64,000 nucleotides of DNA from the human T2T-CHM13v2.0 reference genome, Homo sapiens, in assembly GCF_009914755.1 (NCBI RefSeq), contig NC_060933.1; one strand, given 5' to 3'. Within the stretch, counting starts at the first letter, position 1. The number at the start of each line of letters is the position of its first letter. A program made the position numbers and the translations under genes. The notes below the pieces were generated by a model that ran no database searches, was not told the DNA's origin, and saw nothing but the letters and a program-made list of their open reading frames with translations. This document shows positions 37,150-50,331 of this stretch, piece after piece.

Positions 37150-40100
37150 AATCCAAAATACATGAAATAAACCTGACAGAATGAAAAAGAGAAACAGGCA
37201 AATCCATAATTACAGTCACAGATGTCAACACTTCTTTTTTAATAATACATATAACTAATTAGTAGAAAAACAGTAATGATATAGAAGAACTGAACAGTAT
37301 TATCAGCCACCTAGCTGTAATTGACATTTATATTATAATTTGTGATTGTGATTGTTTTGTAACTGAATTGACATTTATATAATACCACCAAACAATAGCA
37401 AAACACATATTCTTTTTAAGTGCATATATTCACCAAGATAGAACATATCTTGGGTCCCAAAAGAAATATTAATAAATTTCAAAGAATTGAAAATCGTAAA
37501 ATGTATGTTTTCTAATAACAGTAAAATTAAACTAGAAATCAGTGACAGAAAGACAACAAGAAAGTCTCCAAACTAGCAGTTTAACAATATGCTTCTAAAC
37601 AATCTATGGGTCAAAGAAGCAGCAAGAAAATTTTAAAATATGTTGAAATGAATGAAAATAAATTTACAATGTATCAAAATTTGTAAAATGCAGCCAAATC
37701 AGTGCTTAGAAGGTTTTTCGAACATTAAATACTTATATTGGAAAAGAATAAAGTTCTCAAATCAACAATCTAAGCTTCCACCTTAAAATCAACAAATTTT
37801 AAAACAACCATAACGGATAGAAATTAATAAAACTAAAACCTTAGTTTAAAAAAATCCAACTAAAATCTTGCTTTTAAAAATCTTGTCTTTTAAAACTGAT
37901 GAACTTTTAACAATACAGTCAAAGATAAAAGAGAGATGACACAAATTACTAGTAACAGGAATGATAGACGGGATATTACTCTCGATGATGCCTTTATAAG
38001 GATAATAAGGGAACACTACAAACAACTCTATACACGTACTTCAACAATTTAGATGAAATGAACCAGTTCCTCAAAAACACATAAAAGCAAAACTCTCCAA
38101 AGTTGAAATAGATTAACTGAAGGGTCCTTAACTATTTAATAATTTGAATTTACAGTTGAAAATCTCTAAAAAGAAATCTACAGACCTAGATCATTTTACT
38201 AATAATTCCACTAAATGTTTAAGAGGAATTAACAATGATTCTAAATGTATCTTTCAGGAAGCAGAAGAATCAGAAAACACTTACTAACAATCTTTCTTAG
38301 GCCAGCATTATCCTAACACCAAAATAAGACAAAACACTTCAAGAGCTCTATAGACCAGTAGCCCTCATGAACATAGATACAAAAATGTTCTCAAGAAATA
38401 CCAGCAAATTGGATTCAGTAATATACAAAATGAATAATAATTATATACAACCAAGTAGAATTTATCCCAAGGCTGGTTAAATATTTGAAAATTGCTCAAG
38501 GTAATCCACCAAATGAACATTCTGAAGAAGAAAACCCAGATGACTCTATCAATAAATGCAGAAAAAAGTTTGACATAATTCAAAATTCATTCAGTATAAA
38601 AACTTTCAGTAAACCAGGAATAGAAAAGAACTTCTACAACCTGGTAAAAGGCATCTACAAAAATCTTACAGCCTAAAACACACTTAAAGGTGAAAGATTA
38701 CTTCCCTCAAGACAAGCAAAGAGGTAAGAGAATTCTTTCTCAATACCCCTTGATATCATACTGGAAGGCATTGTCATTTTAAAAGGCAATAAAAATAATT
38801 AAAAGGTACACATATAAGAAAGGAAAAATTTAAACTGTTCCTATTTATAGATAACATAATTATGTAGAAAATCTCAAAGATTATACAAAAAACTTTCTGT
38901 AATGAAAATATGGGTTTAACAAAGTGACAGGAGCCACAGTCAATACAGCCACAAAATTTCTTTTCAGATTTCTATATACTAACAATATATCATTGGAAAT
39001 GGAAATTTTATAGATAGTTATCTCAATATCTCCCCAAATGAAATACATAAGTAATTTTTGAAAAACGCTTTCAGGATCTATATGCTAAAATATATAAAGT
39101 GTGTGTGAAAGATATCAAAAATACAAATAAATAGAGAACATACATGTTCCTGGAGTGAAAGACTCAAAATAGTAAAGATCTTCATTTTATCCATATTGAT
39201 TTATATTATTAATGAACAAATTTTATTAAAAATCCCATTAAGATATTTTTGTAGATACAGAGAAACTGATTCTAAGATGTGACCCTAATCTAAACAGAAA
39301 ATTAATTTTGTTATATATACACCTTATACATGTACCCCAAAGATAATTGTATACAATATTTTAAATAATTATGTGCATGAAACGGAGTTCACAACCAACC
39401 AAAAGCAAAGGTGTCACTGTCTCAGATGCCCATGTGGACAATCTGTGGTTGCTTGACAATTACCATCATTCCTGACTCTGAATTTATATGCTACAGATAA
39501 GCAATCATTTTATTACATTTATTCACACATAAGTACTTAACAGTAAAAAAGATAACATGCCATTAATACTATGAACAAATCGTGTGTTCAGGATAACTAA
39601 GCAACAAAGTAGCATCACCCACCAGAATACCTGTATCCGATGTTAAACAACAGCAACACCAAACAATGGCTGCAGTCTTCACCTACAATGCTGTACAGAT
39701 GAGTGTACATTGTATTCTATATTTTTAGTCGCAAAGTAACATCAGAAGCAACTGAGAGCCTGGGAAGTGAGCCTCTAGGGTTGAGGAGTCATTCTGAATA
39801 GACTGTGTGTGTTTTATATGCCTGCATTTTGACTGTGACCTGTGACATGAGATCAGGAGAGGAATTTTTCACTAATAGTGTGTTATGTTAACACTCAAAA
39901 AGTTTTGGATTTTTGAGTATTTCATATTTTGAATTTTCAGATTAGGGAAGCTCAACCTACATATACTTATGATACGATCCAGCAATCTTACTCCCGGGTA
40001 TTTACCCTAGAGGTAAAAAAATTTATGTTCACCCAAAACCCTATAAATGGATGTTTACAATAGCTTTATTCTTAATAACCAGAAGTTGGAAATAAGTGTC

Positions 40101-40330
40101 CTTTAGTGAATGACTCGATAAACAAGCTATTGTATATTCATAAATAGAATATTATCTATCAATAAAAAATAAACAGATTATTGACATCCATGAAGGCATT
40201 ATACTGAGTGACAAAGGCCATTCACTACAAGTCAAAACTGTATGATTCTATTTATACGACATCATGGAAAAAAACAAAACTATAGTAGAGAACAGATCTG
40301 TGTTTTCTAGGAGTTAACGGTGGAAGAAAA
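37150..40330 (+). mobile_element. Decayed L1M ORF2 plus 3' end (begins 36235-36300; interrupted by MLT1 and Tigger4)
   Basis: L1 ORF2 DNA motifs (attaaactagaaatca, tagatgaaatgaaccagttcc, tagaccagtagccctcatgaacatagat); many stops and frameshifts. Confidence 0.9.
39283..39958 (-). mobile_element. Tigger4/Zombi-type DNA transposon inside L1
   Basis: Ends ...ttttcagattagggaagctcaacct, the reverse complement of the Tigger4 TIR; ttttgactgtgacctgtgacatgagatcagg. Confidence 0.8.
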
Positions 40331-40706
40331 GTAGGACTTCAAAATCCTTCATCTAGTTTGAGGATAGGATTTGTTTTTTACTTATCATTTATTCTGTTTA
40401 TTTATTTTTAATGTACATGAAATGTTTCTATTCTGGGGGCCTAGAATTTTGGAATGTGAAAAGAAAACAAAAATTCATTATTATTATTTTTTTATTTCCT
40501 GCCATGTTTTTTCTTCCCTAAGGCAGTCACCATAGATGGCTGAGCTAATTAAATAGGAAGGACCAAAGACAGGAGGAGATAACAGCAGTGACATTCAACA
40601 TTCGTTTACTGATGAGTAAATTCACCCAAGGTCACATAGGGCATAAGTGACTAAAGGGCATTGAAAATTGAGTCATAAGAACTTTTGTTGTGGTGAAAAA
40701 AGCAGG

Positions 40707-41332
40707 AGGGCCACATTATAATTTCATGGGCCCCAGGCACTTTTACCTTTATGGACTTTTTTTTCCTTGAGAATAGTAATATTAAGTATTATTTTTGATA
40801 TAATTTTAAATACTTCAACATTTTTTAAATTTTAAGCAAAATTTAATAGATTTTCAAGGGCTCTAAAATTTTCATTTTCTTTACATTTTCATTTGAAGAA
40901 AATTAAAGTTTTTTTCCAACCATAAAAGTTCATCTTTTCTCCTTATTTTAAAAGAAACTTCTCTGTATAGTAAGTATAATGTGGATACACATCATTATAC
41001 CTTTGTTTAAACTCATAAAATGTATGACACCAAGAGTGAACCCTAATGTAAACTATGGACTGTGGGGGATAATGATGTGTTAATGTAGGTTCATCATTTG
41101 TAACAAATGTATCACTCTGGTGGGGAATATTTTTAGTGAGGGAGGCTCTGCATGTTTGGGGGTAGAGGGTATATGGGAATTCCCTGTACCTTCCTCTCAG
41201 TTTTGCTGTGAACTGCTCTAAGAAATAAAGTCTCTTAAGAAGAAACAACAACAACAACATTGTTTTGGCCTCCTAAATGTATTAGGGGCCCCCAACAATG
41301 TGCCTGCTATGTCTAGTGGATAAGCTGTGCTG
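40707..41332. mobile_element. hAT-Tip100-like DNA transposon fossil, interrupted by L1
   Basis: agggccacattataatttcatgggccccaggcactttt...gtggataagctgtgctg. Confidence 0.5.
40975..41245 (+). mobile_element. L1MC/MD 3' end
   Basis: caccaagagtgaaccctaatgtaaactatggact...tgtaacaaatgta...aaataaagtct. Confidence 0.85.
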
Positions 41333-43892
41333 TACCTGCAAAGTAGTCACTAATCTAAAAGTTGGAAAAGTTCTTTAAATGTCTTAAAGGAAAGGCATGA
41401 TAGCAGTATTACAAAAATGATACTTCTGACTCCAGGATGTCTAAAGCAGACTTCAGGGAAAGAGTTGACACACAGTTGTCACACTGGTAGGAAAATTCAT
41501 TTGAATCTATGGGTCTTCAAATTTTCTTTATAATAACTCAGACTCTTTCATCCACACCTGAATACTATATATTGTCATGGTGGTGGTGAAGAGAAAACAA
41601 ATAATGAAGGGATCAGATCCCAGGTTTTTGGAAGACTGTCAATCAATTATATAGCTTTCTTTCTCCATAGTTGCAGGTACCACACCAATTGAGCTCCCTG
41701 AACAAGCCGCGATGGGCAGTGGCTGGGTAGACAGATAATTACTTGCAACCACTACGAGGCAGAATGAAATGGGCTTTTTCCACCTGTAGGCTCCCTGTTC
41801 TTTATCAAGAAGCCCTGTATTTCCCCCTGCCCTCTAATTGGGAAATGTCACCGGGAATCACCCTTTGGTCAACCTCTCAAATATCATTGAATTTATTTAA
41901 CCTGCATCTCTCCTTAGTCATTTCTTCTGTTGCCCATGTTAGTGCCTTACTCATGTGTTTGCTCTGCCTCAAGTACTCTTTTTCCTTTTTTCCTTTTTCA
42001 TTTATCAGCCTCCCGGTGAACTTTTGAGACCTAGCTTCCAAAGCCACCTATTCCATGGCTGCTCTCTAGATCCTCGCTCTTAGAATTAATATCGCTTTTC
42101 CTTCCATGGAAATTCTAGTTATCTCTATTTTTACCATAAAACACGTGTTGTAGTTCACTGTAATATGCCCTTTCCCAGCTCCAAGAAGAGAGCACTTCTT
42201 TTGTTTTTCTGTCTTCCATTCTGCCTGAGCAGTATTCAAAAGCAATTGTTGGATCTGGAGATTGAGTTGAAGTTCATTCTTTAGGTTCATCATTACTGTA
42301 ATTCTTTCCATTTACTCTCCCAGCTACATTGATTTACAAGATGTGAAATATGCAAGCATTAGGCGTTTGAGCTGATGCATGTTGCCAAGCACTTCAGTCA
42401 ATCCTCAATTTCTCTGAAATGTTGTACTTCAAAGAACCTGTTAAGGATTCAGGAAGCAGCCACTGAGTTAAGTCTCTGTATTAGATCAAGTAGTTTGTTA
42501 GAAACCACCAGTGACGCCTATAAGCAAGATCCCCAATTACCTTTGATCACAAAGTCTTTAGTAGCTGCTAGTGTACTCAGGAGGAGACGCCTTACACTTC
42601 CCCAAGTCCAAGTTCTCAATGGGAGTGTCTGTACTGATCCTGCTTCCCTGTACTTCACTCCAACTTTGTCAGGATTTTCTACAATAACATATACAATTGT
42701 AATAGCTAATATTTCCCAAGTGTTTACTCTGTTTCAGGACACTATTTGCTCCTTTTATATGTTTTGTCACTTTCACTTCAAAAATTCCACAGGTAAGTAA
42801 CACTATTACCATTTAAATAATGATGAAATACATTTTAATTGGATCAAAATGATTAGACATATTTTTGCACAACCCTATTGGTTGTAAGATTACATCTTCT
42901 AGCCAGTCTGCAGGATAAAGGGAAAAGTAGAGATGAAGGTGATGATAGGGAGTTGTGTCTCCTCAAAGTTGTTAACGTGGCCTAACCTTGCGTTACATTA
43001 CATATCTCACAAGTACTTTGTACAGTGCAGGTTCCCATGAAATGTTGGCACTGCTTCATATTTATATAAACTCTTGATTACCTAAAAATACAAGGACAAG
43101 GAAAAGTAGTGCTTTTAATTCTGCAAGAAGAGGTTTGAAGTTTGGAGGAAAGAAATACTGGAAATCAAAGATAATGCATTCAGAAGTTCATGCCTAAAAC
43201 ACCAGCTTTTATACTTCAGCACACTTGGAGGAGGCCCTACATACCTGAATGTTCCTGCTGGGCATATTTCCTGCCCTTTCTTTCTAATGAGATAGAAGAA
43301 GAAGAAAGAGGAGAAACAACACAAACTTCACAAATAAATACTTGAAGTTATTGAGGTATACGAAGAGAAGATAACAAAACATATGTTTTTAATGGTACTC
43401 TTCTTGCATTTAGGTCGTACTCCCTTCCAGAATATCTGTATCTAAGAGTGAATGGGCGGGTAATGGGGAGGACTCAACCATATCATATCAAGAAAATCAT
43501 ATCAAGAGAATGCAACAAAATAGAGAATGTCCTTTCTGTTTTCAAGATTTGAGAGCTACAGAGTCTCAATGCATTTTATAAACCTTCCCCCCAGTACCCA
43601 CTGTGGTGTAGGAATAAGTGAGCATTAGAATTACCATATGGTAGAAAGTTTCTGTGGCTCTAGGTTTGGCCTTTAAGGACTGTGTAGAGCTTCCCTAGCA
43701 CATGCATGTGTTCATCCCACTAGCCTAGGAAAGATCTCTTAAAACTAAGATTTTATATAATAAAAAAGGAGCATCAATGGATTATCAGATGTTGGAATTA
43801 AGATCTGATAGTGCTGCTTATAGCATGTGTATACATTTGGTGGAGTCACATAAGAAAACAAATTCCATTTTCTCATCTGTGGAGATAATACA

Positions 43893-44443
43893 TGACAGAG
43901 CAGGAGCACCATCATTTCAGACAAACACCGCCACTTTAAGTTCCAGCTCCCTTTCTAGCCTCATGCATTTCAAGGAAATCACTTCTCTTCTAACTACAAG
44001 AAGCCAGAAAGAGCAGACACTAAAACACAGATAAGACAGCTGGGGCACAGAGTGGGTAGGGGGAAAGTCTCTTGGGTAACTGCCAAACTTCACCCTCATA
44101 CAATAGGCCCCAGTAAAACAGTGGGCCTTAATAAGCACATTCCTTTCCCTTCAGGTGCACGAAGATAGGGAAGCTAAAAGCAGACTCAGGTATGCCTGCA
44201 ACTGCAGAAAGATGTATGGGAACAGACCCACAACTCTCCCTCCCAGATAAGGACAACAAAGAGACACAGAAGCAGTCCAAGTCTCTGATAAGCTCTCCCA
44301 CCCTGAATTCTTAAAAACTCTTAGTCTGTAAGAGAGTGCACCTTCTGACCTAACTCGGTCAGAAGTCCCTCCCAGGTTTGAAATAAACCTGTTGACTGTT
44401 GAGCCACATTTTGTGTTTCTCTCCTTTTTCTTTAATTCTTACA
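43893..44443 (+). mobile_element. MER41C/D-type ERV1 solo LTR inserted in a MIR
   Basis: tgacagagcaggagcacc...ctttaattcttaca; TG...CA ends, internal aataaa; MIR halves on both sides. Confidence 0.85.
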
Positions 44444-46419
44444 GTACCACGTATAATACTGATAACCAACCTAACAACACTGTTGTGGAGATTCAGTGGG
44501 AGAATATATGAAACTTGATTTGTAGCCTGTGGAAGAGCTATTCAATATTTACTTCTTATTCATGATTCTTTTTGAAGTTGAAATTTTAAAAACTAGGACA
44601 ATGGTAATAAAATAGCTCACAAAAAGGAATAAGCTTAGCATTCACTTGGGGATTTGATATAAAACCATCCTTTTAAAATGTGCTTTTATTCTATGTGGAC
44701 ATTAACTTATCATAAATTATTTATTATGTCTTTGAGGATTGTTTAATCAAACAAAGACAATCAGAAAATGTGTAAGTCTCAGTGACTTCAGATACGCTCA
44801 CAGGATTTGTTGTCTAAGACAAAACTTCTGTCATAGGACTGGGAGTACTGGATCAGCAAGATTTTGACTTTCCTTCCTCTTCTTTCCTCCATTAGCCCCC
44901 TCCCCCGGGAAGTCTAGGAATATCATTTTCTCACAGTATTCTGTTATTTTTCTGGGCCTCAATAGGGCCTACATGGTTCCTCCTTCATTAAACTTCAAAG
45001 CCAAGAGTAAAGAAGAGTTTCATGCATCTTTGCAAACATTAGGAAAAAGTCATAGATTCTATCAAATTTAGATTCAAAATTAATTTTTTTGTAAGCAAAC
45101 CATGATCAATTTAAAGCAGCCAACTGAGATGGACAAGACAAATTTTCTCAATGCTATTTAAGAAAGTCCCTGTTAATGGTCTTGGGTAAGAACATTTGTA
45201 AACAGGACAGAAAGACTCTAGAATAAGAAAAATAATTCAAAGCAATGTGAAGAAAATCCAATTTTTCTAAATTTTTTATTATTTATTATGGCCCCTGATT
45301 CCTCCCTCCTATTGGCTAAGGGAGTCCCATAACGTGTAAAACAATGACAAGTTTAGAGAGAGGGTGCTTTCTAGTAAACTTGAAAGTCATGAAAGATAGT
45401 AAACAGATAGTAAACCATCTGTTCTTTTGGAGGACTTAATGGAAATATAATGAAAGACAAGAAATTGATTTCCACTGGAAATAGGAATTTTGCCAGGTGA
45501 CAATACCATGATCAACCTCCTTACTTATGTTCCTGTTCTGCTTACTAGGAAGCACTTAGATAATTTGGCCAAGCTCATTATTTCAAGTTTGTTTCATGCT
45601 GACAGAAATAAAAATGATGCTCACATATTTGACATTCTAAAAACTGCTTTCAAAGTGTCATTACTGTGATTAACATTTTAGAATAACTTTTTCCTGTCAT
45701 AGCTCATATGCAGTATCTTTTTGTCCATACATCCTTTTAAATAATACATCAAATTAAGCCCAGAAATACTCTCACTGGGTATCACTTTGATTCGTGTATG
45801 GATGTGGCACCATGTACCTAAGCCCAGTGCATGGGAGAGGGTTTCCATTTTTCAGCATTCTGAAATTCCAAAAGTAAGCCTAGCTTTGTATTTTTGCCAA
45901 ATTTAAGCTTATGAGAACACTTTAGAGAGAGATTTTGCTTGTAAAATTGTGCTAGGGAAACAAGTTTCTTGACCGGTTACAAGGGAAAATGTAACCGAAT
46001 GAGATACCTAATTAAAAAAAAAAGTAAGTAGCAGCAGTGATGAAGACTATCAGAAGTTTAGCAAGTAAAACTAAACATGGAATGTAAGTGCACATATTCG
46101 TATTTCAAACTTATTGGTGAAAACCTAGAGTCCATAGCCCCGATGGTCAAATACATTCATTGATTCCCAGAGTTCTCAGTTCCACTGGTCTCCATAGAGC
46201 AAGAATAGGACTGGTTTCATTTTCTTCCTTGGCTGATTGGTTTTGGAGATGCTGTTAATTGCTCCCTTCCCCAAGAAGTTGACCCAGTGTCCTCATGTAT
46301 GTGTCTGTCATCATAAGAAATTGGAGGAAATACCATTCTGGACATATTGGTTACAACTGAAGCTCTTTAGAGGCCAGTAAATATTAATCCGGATACATGC
46401 GTGTCCACATTTATAATCT

Positions 46420-47497
46420 TTGCCTTGGCAGATTTCATGATGAAGTCTCCAGAAACAATTGCAGTAAAAACAAAAACAGACAACAGGGACCTAATTAAAC
46501 TAAAGAGCTTCTGCACAGCAAAATAAACTATCAACAGAGTAAACAGAAAATGTACAGAATGGAAGAAAATATTTGCAAACTATGCATCCAACTAATGTCT
46601 AATCTCCAGAATCTATAAGGAACTTAAGCAAATCAACAAACAAAAAACAAACAACCCCATTAAAAATGGGCAAAGGACATGAACAGACACGTCTCAAAAT
46701 AAGACCTGCAAGCAACCAACAAGCTTATGAAAAAATATTCCACATCAGTCATCATCAGGAAAATGAAAATTAAAACCACAATGAGATATCATCTCACACT
46801 GATCAGAATGGATATTATTAAAAAGTGAGAAAATAGCAGATGTTGATGAGGTTGTAGAGAAAAGGGAATACTTATACACTGCTGGTAAGAATGTAAGTTA
46901 GTTCAGCCACTGTAAAAAGCAGTTTGGAGATTTCTCAAAGAACTTAGAACTACCATTCGACCTAACAGTCCCATTACTAGGTATATATCCAGAGGAATAT
47001 AAATCATTCTACCTAAAAGACATATGCACTTGTATGTTTATTGCAGCACTATTTACAATAGCAAAGACATAGAATCAATCTAGATGCCTATAAATAGTGG
47101 ACTGGATAAAGAAAATGTGGTACATATACACATGGAACAGTACACAACCATAAAAAGTATGAAATCCTGTCCTTTGTAGCAATATGGATGCAGCTGGAGG
47201 CCATTATCCTAAGTGAATTAACACAGGAATAGAGAACCAAATACTGTAGCTCTCACTTATTGGTGGGAGCTAAACATTGAGTACACATGGACACAAAGAG
47301 GGAAACAATAGACACTGGGGCCTACTTGAGCGTGGAGGATAGGAGAAGGGTGAGAGTGGAAAAACTACCTATCAGGTACTATGCTGGGTGATAAAATTGT
47401 TTGTACACCAAATCTCAGTGACATGCAATTTATCCATGTAACAATTCTGCACAAATATTCCTTGAACCTAAAACAAAGTTGAAAAAGAAAAAAAAAA
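46420..47497 (+). mobile_element. 5'-truncated L1PA (L1PA13-16-like) 3' end
   Basis: gacctaattaaactaaagagcttctgcacagc...ggacacaaagagggaaacaatagacactgggg...A-tail. Confidence 0.92.
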
Positions 47498-48871
47498 TTA
47501 GGTACAATAATGAATATGTATTAAGAAAGAAAAAATAAATCATGATAAACTACAAAAAAACAAGTTGGGACACCAAGCGTTTACATTTGCATGGCAAGAT
47601 AGAAACATAGACACAACTTTTTGCCATTGGTGGTAAGTTCCAAGTGGAAATTCTTAAACTCCTTGCCAAATTTAATCTTGAATGGGGTATGTAACCTGAG
47701 GTATGGGGCATAGGGCAGTCATTCTTTACATGAGCGTTCTGAGCATATTGGCTACAACTCAGGCTCTTTAGGGGCCAGTAAAAATATTAATCAGGATTTA
47801 TGTGTGTCCACATGTGTAATATATCATTTGAAAATCTACAGCCCAGTTTTACTTTTCTATTCCTTCTTAACAATGCCTATTACAAAGGGCTATACAAATT
47901 TCTCAGGAAAAACAAACTAAAAAGCTAATCTATTAATGCACCACTCTGATTTTCCCTATGTTGTATTATTTAGGCTGGTTAGAATCAAGATGCGTAAGAT
48001 GTCAAGATGCCTATAAGATTGACTTAATATCTTTGACTTAAAGTTGTGGCACAAGACTTGAACCATATGACTTCTAGCTCCCACTGCTTAAGCCCTACCA
48101 GCTTTTTCCATGGCCAGATAGAAGGAGATGAAGGGAGGAGTTGACTTAAGCCTGAGGGTGTGGAGAATTTCTCCAAGGCTGTGGAAGTTAGGGAGCATAG
48201 AACCCTTGGGTTTATGGATACACCACATATAAGATCTCTTCAAGGAAAAAGGTTGACAACCGGAATGAAATGCTCAGTGGAACCCTCTACCTAACTTTCC
48301 AGTTGTGTTTCTTATTTATACCCTGGTTTAAAAATTGCAAATGGTTTGATGTGGTGTTTTCTTTTTTGTTTGTTTTTTTGTTTTTGCTATGGGCAAAATA
48401 TAAGAATGCTAGCCACTATACCAGAGCCACCGGACAACTATACCATTACTCTGTTATGTTCAAAAACTAGGGCAAAAGAAGCCAAGGAAAGAAGCTTTCT
48501 CCCTGCTGTACTGAGGAGAAGATGAGGAGGTGTTCTCCCAAGTCCAAAAGAAAGAAGTAGTTCTGAGTGAAGAGTGTCCTCACAAACTTTGACTCTCAAC
48601 CTTCAGTCATATGTCCTACGAACTTGTTGATAAAGTCCATTCTTTGGCTAGTATTCTTTCTTTCATTTGTAATCATAGGATGGTTAGTATCTTCCCATAT
48701 TAGAGAGTGAGGATATCACCTACTTGTGTCCCAGCAATTAATAATAGTCCAGATGGCATCAGGTGGGGGAAGAATAGGGAATAGAGGGAAAGCAGCTTAC
48801 CACATGCAGGATTTCTTCATTAGAAAAGTGATGAAATTTTAAAATTGTTCTAATTATTAATTTATATTAAT

Positions 48872-50331
48872 AGACGTTATTTTTAGGGCAGTTTTAGGTT
48901 CACAGAAAAATTCAGCCAAGTACAGAAAGTTTCTACACCCTCTTTATCCACCCAGTTTCCTCTATGATTGATGTCTTTCATTAGTGTGATATATTTGTTA
49001 CAATAAATGAACCAATATGGATACATTATTATTAACTGATATAGTTTGAATATTTGTCCCTGCCCAAATCTCATGTTGAATTATAATCCCCTATATTAGA
49101 GGTGGGACTTGGTGGGAGGTGTTTGGATCATGGGAGTCAATTCCACATGGTTTGGTGCTGTCTTCGTGATAGTGAGTTCTCACAAGATATGGCAATTTAA
49201 AAGTGTCTATGTGTGTGTGGCGGCGGGGGGGGGGGGCGGTGCCACACACACTTTCTCTCTTGCTCCAGCTTCACCTTCCACAATGAGTAAAAGCTCCCTG
49301 AAGCCTCCCCAGAAGCAGACGCTTCTATGCTTTCTGTAGAGCCTGCAGAATCATGAGCCAATTAAACCTTTTTTTAAAATTAATTACTTGGCCTCAGGTA
49401 TCTCTTTATAGCAATGCAAGAACAGCCTAATATTTTAATTAAAGCCCATAGTCCACCACTGATCTTTTTATTGTCTCCATACTTTTACCTTTTCCAGAAT
49501 GTCACACCTTTTCCAGAAATGTAGCCTTTTCTCATTGGCTGTTATTCAGGGAACAAAATACACTCCGGTTTCCTGCATGATTTTTTGTGATTTGATAGCT
49601 CATTTCTTCTGAGCACTGAATAATATTCCATTGTCTGGCTATATCACAGTTTGTTTATGTATTCACCTACTGAAGAATATGTTGGTTGCATTCGTGTTTT
49701 GGCAATTATGAATAAAGCTGCTCTAAACATTTGTATGCAGGTTCATGTGTGGACATAAGTTTTCAAATAATTTGGGTAAATACCAAGAAGCATGATTGCT
49801 GGATTTTATAGTAAGTGCATGGTTACCTTTGTAAGAAACTACCAGGCTTTCTTCCAAAGTTACTGTATCCTGTTGCATTCCCACCAGCAATAAATAAAAG
49901 CTCTTGTGCTCAACATACTCACTAGCATTTGATATCGTCAGAGTTTTGGATTTTAGCCATTCTAATACATATGTAGTAGTATCTCATTGTCATTTTAATT
50001 TGCAATCCCCTAATGACATATGATGTTGAACATTTTTTCTTGTGCTTATTTGCAATTCAATATTCTTTTTAGGGAGATGTCTGTTCATATCTTTTCTTCA
50101 CTTTTAGTTGGATTTTTTAAATTGTTGAGTTTTAAGAGTTTTTATGTATTTTGGGTATAATTCCTTTATTAGATATGTATTTTATGAATATCTTCTCTAG
50201 TGTAGCTTCTTTTTAAAATTCTCTCTGCAATAGTCTTTTTTAGAGCAGAAGTTTTTAATTTTGATGAAGTTCCACTTATCAATTTTTTTTCTCTTATGAA
50301 TCGTACTTTTGGCCTCATAGCTAAACTTTCA
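48872..50331 (-). mobile_element. L1MC/MD-type element (host, 3' part)
   Basis: gcagttttaggttcacagaaaaatt...gttttggcaattatgaataaagctgct; resumes at 57721. Confidence 0.85.
49037..49434 (+). mobile_element. MST-type MaLR LTR nested in L1
   Basis: tgatatagtttg...aaatctcatgttgaa...ctttatagcaatgcaagaacagcctaata; TSD-like ttaac/ttaat. Confidence 0.88.
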
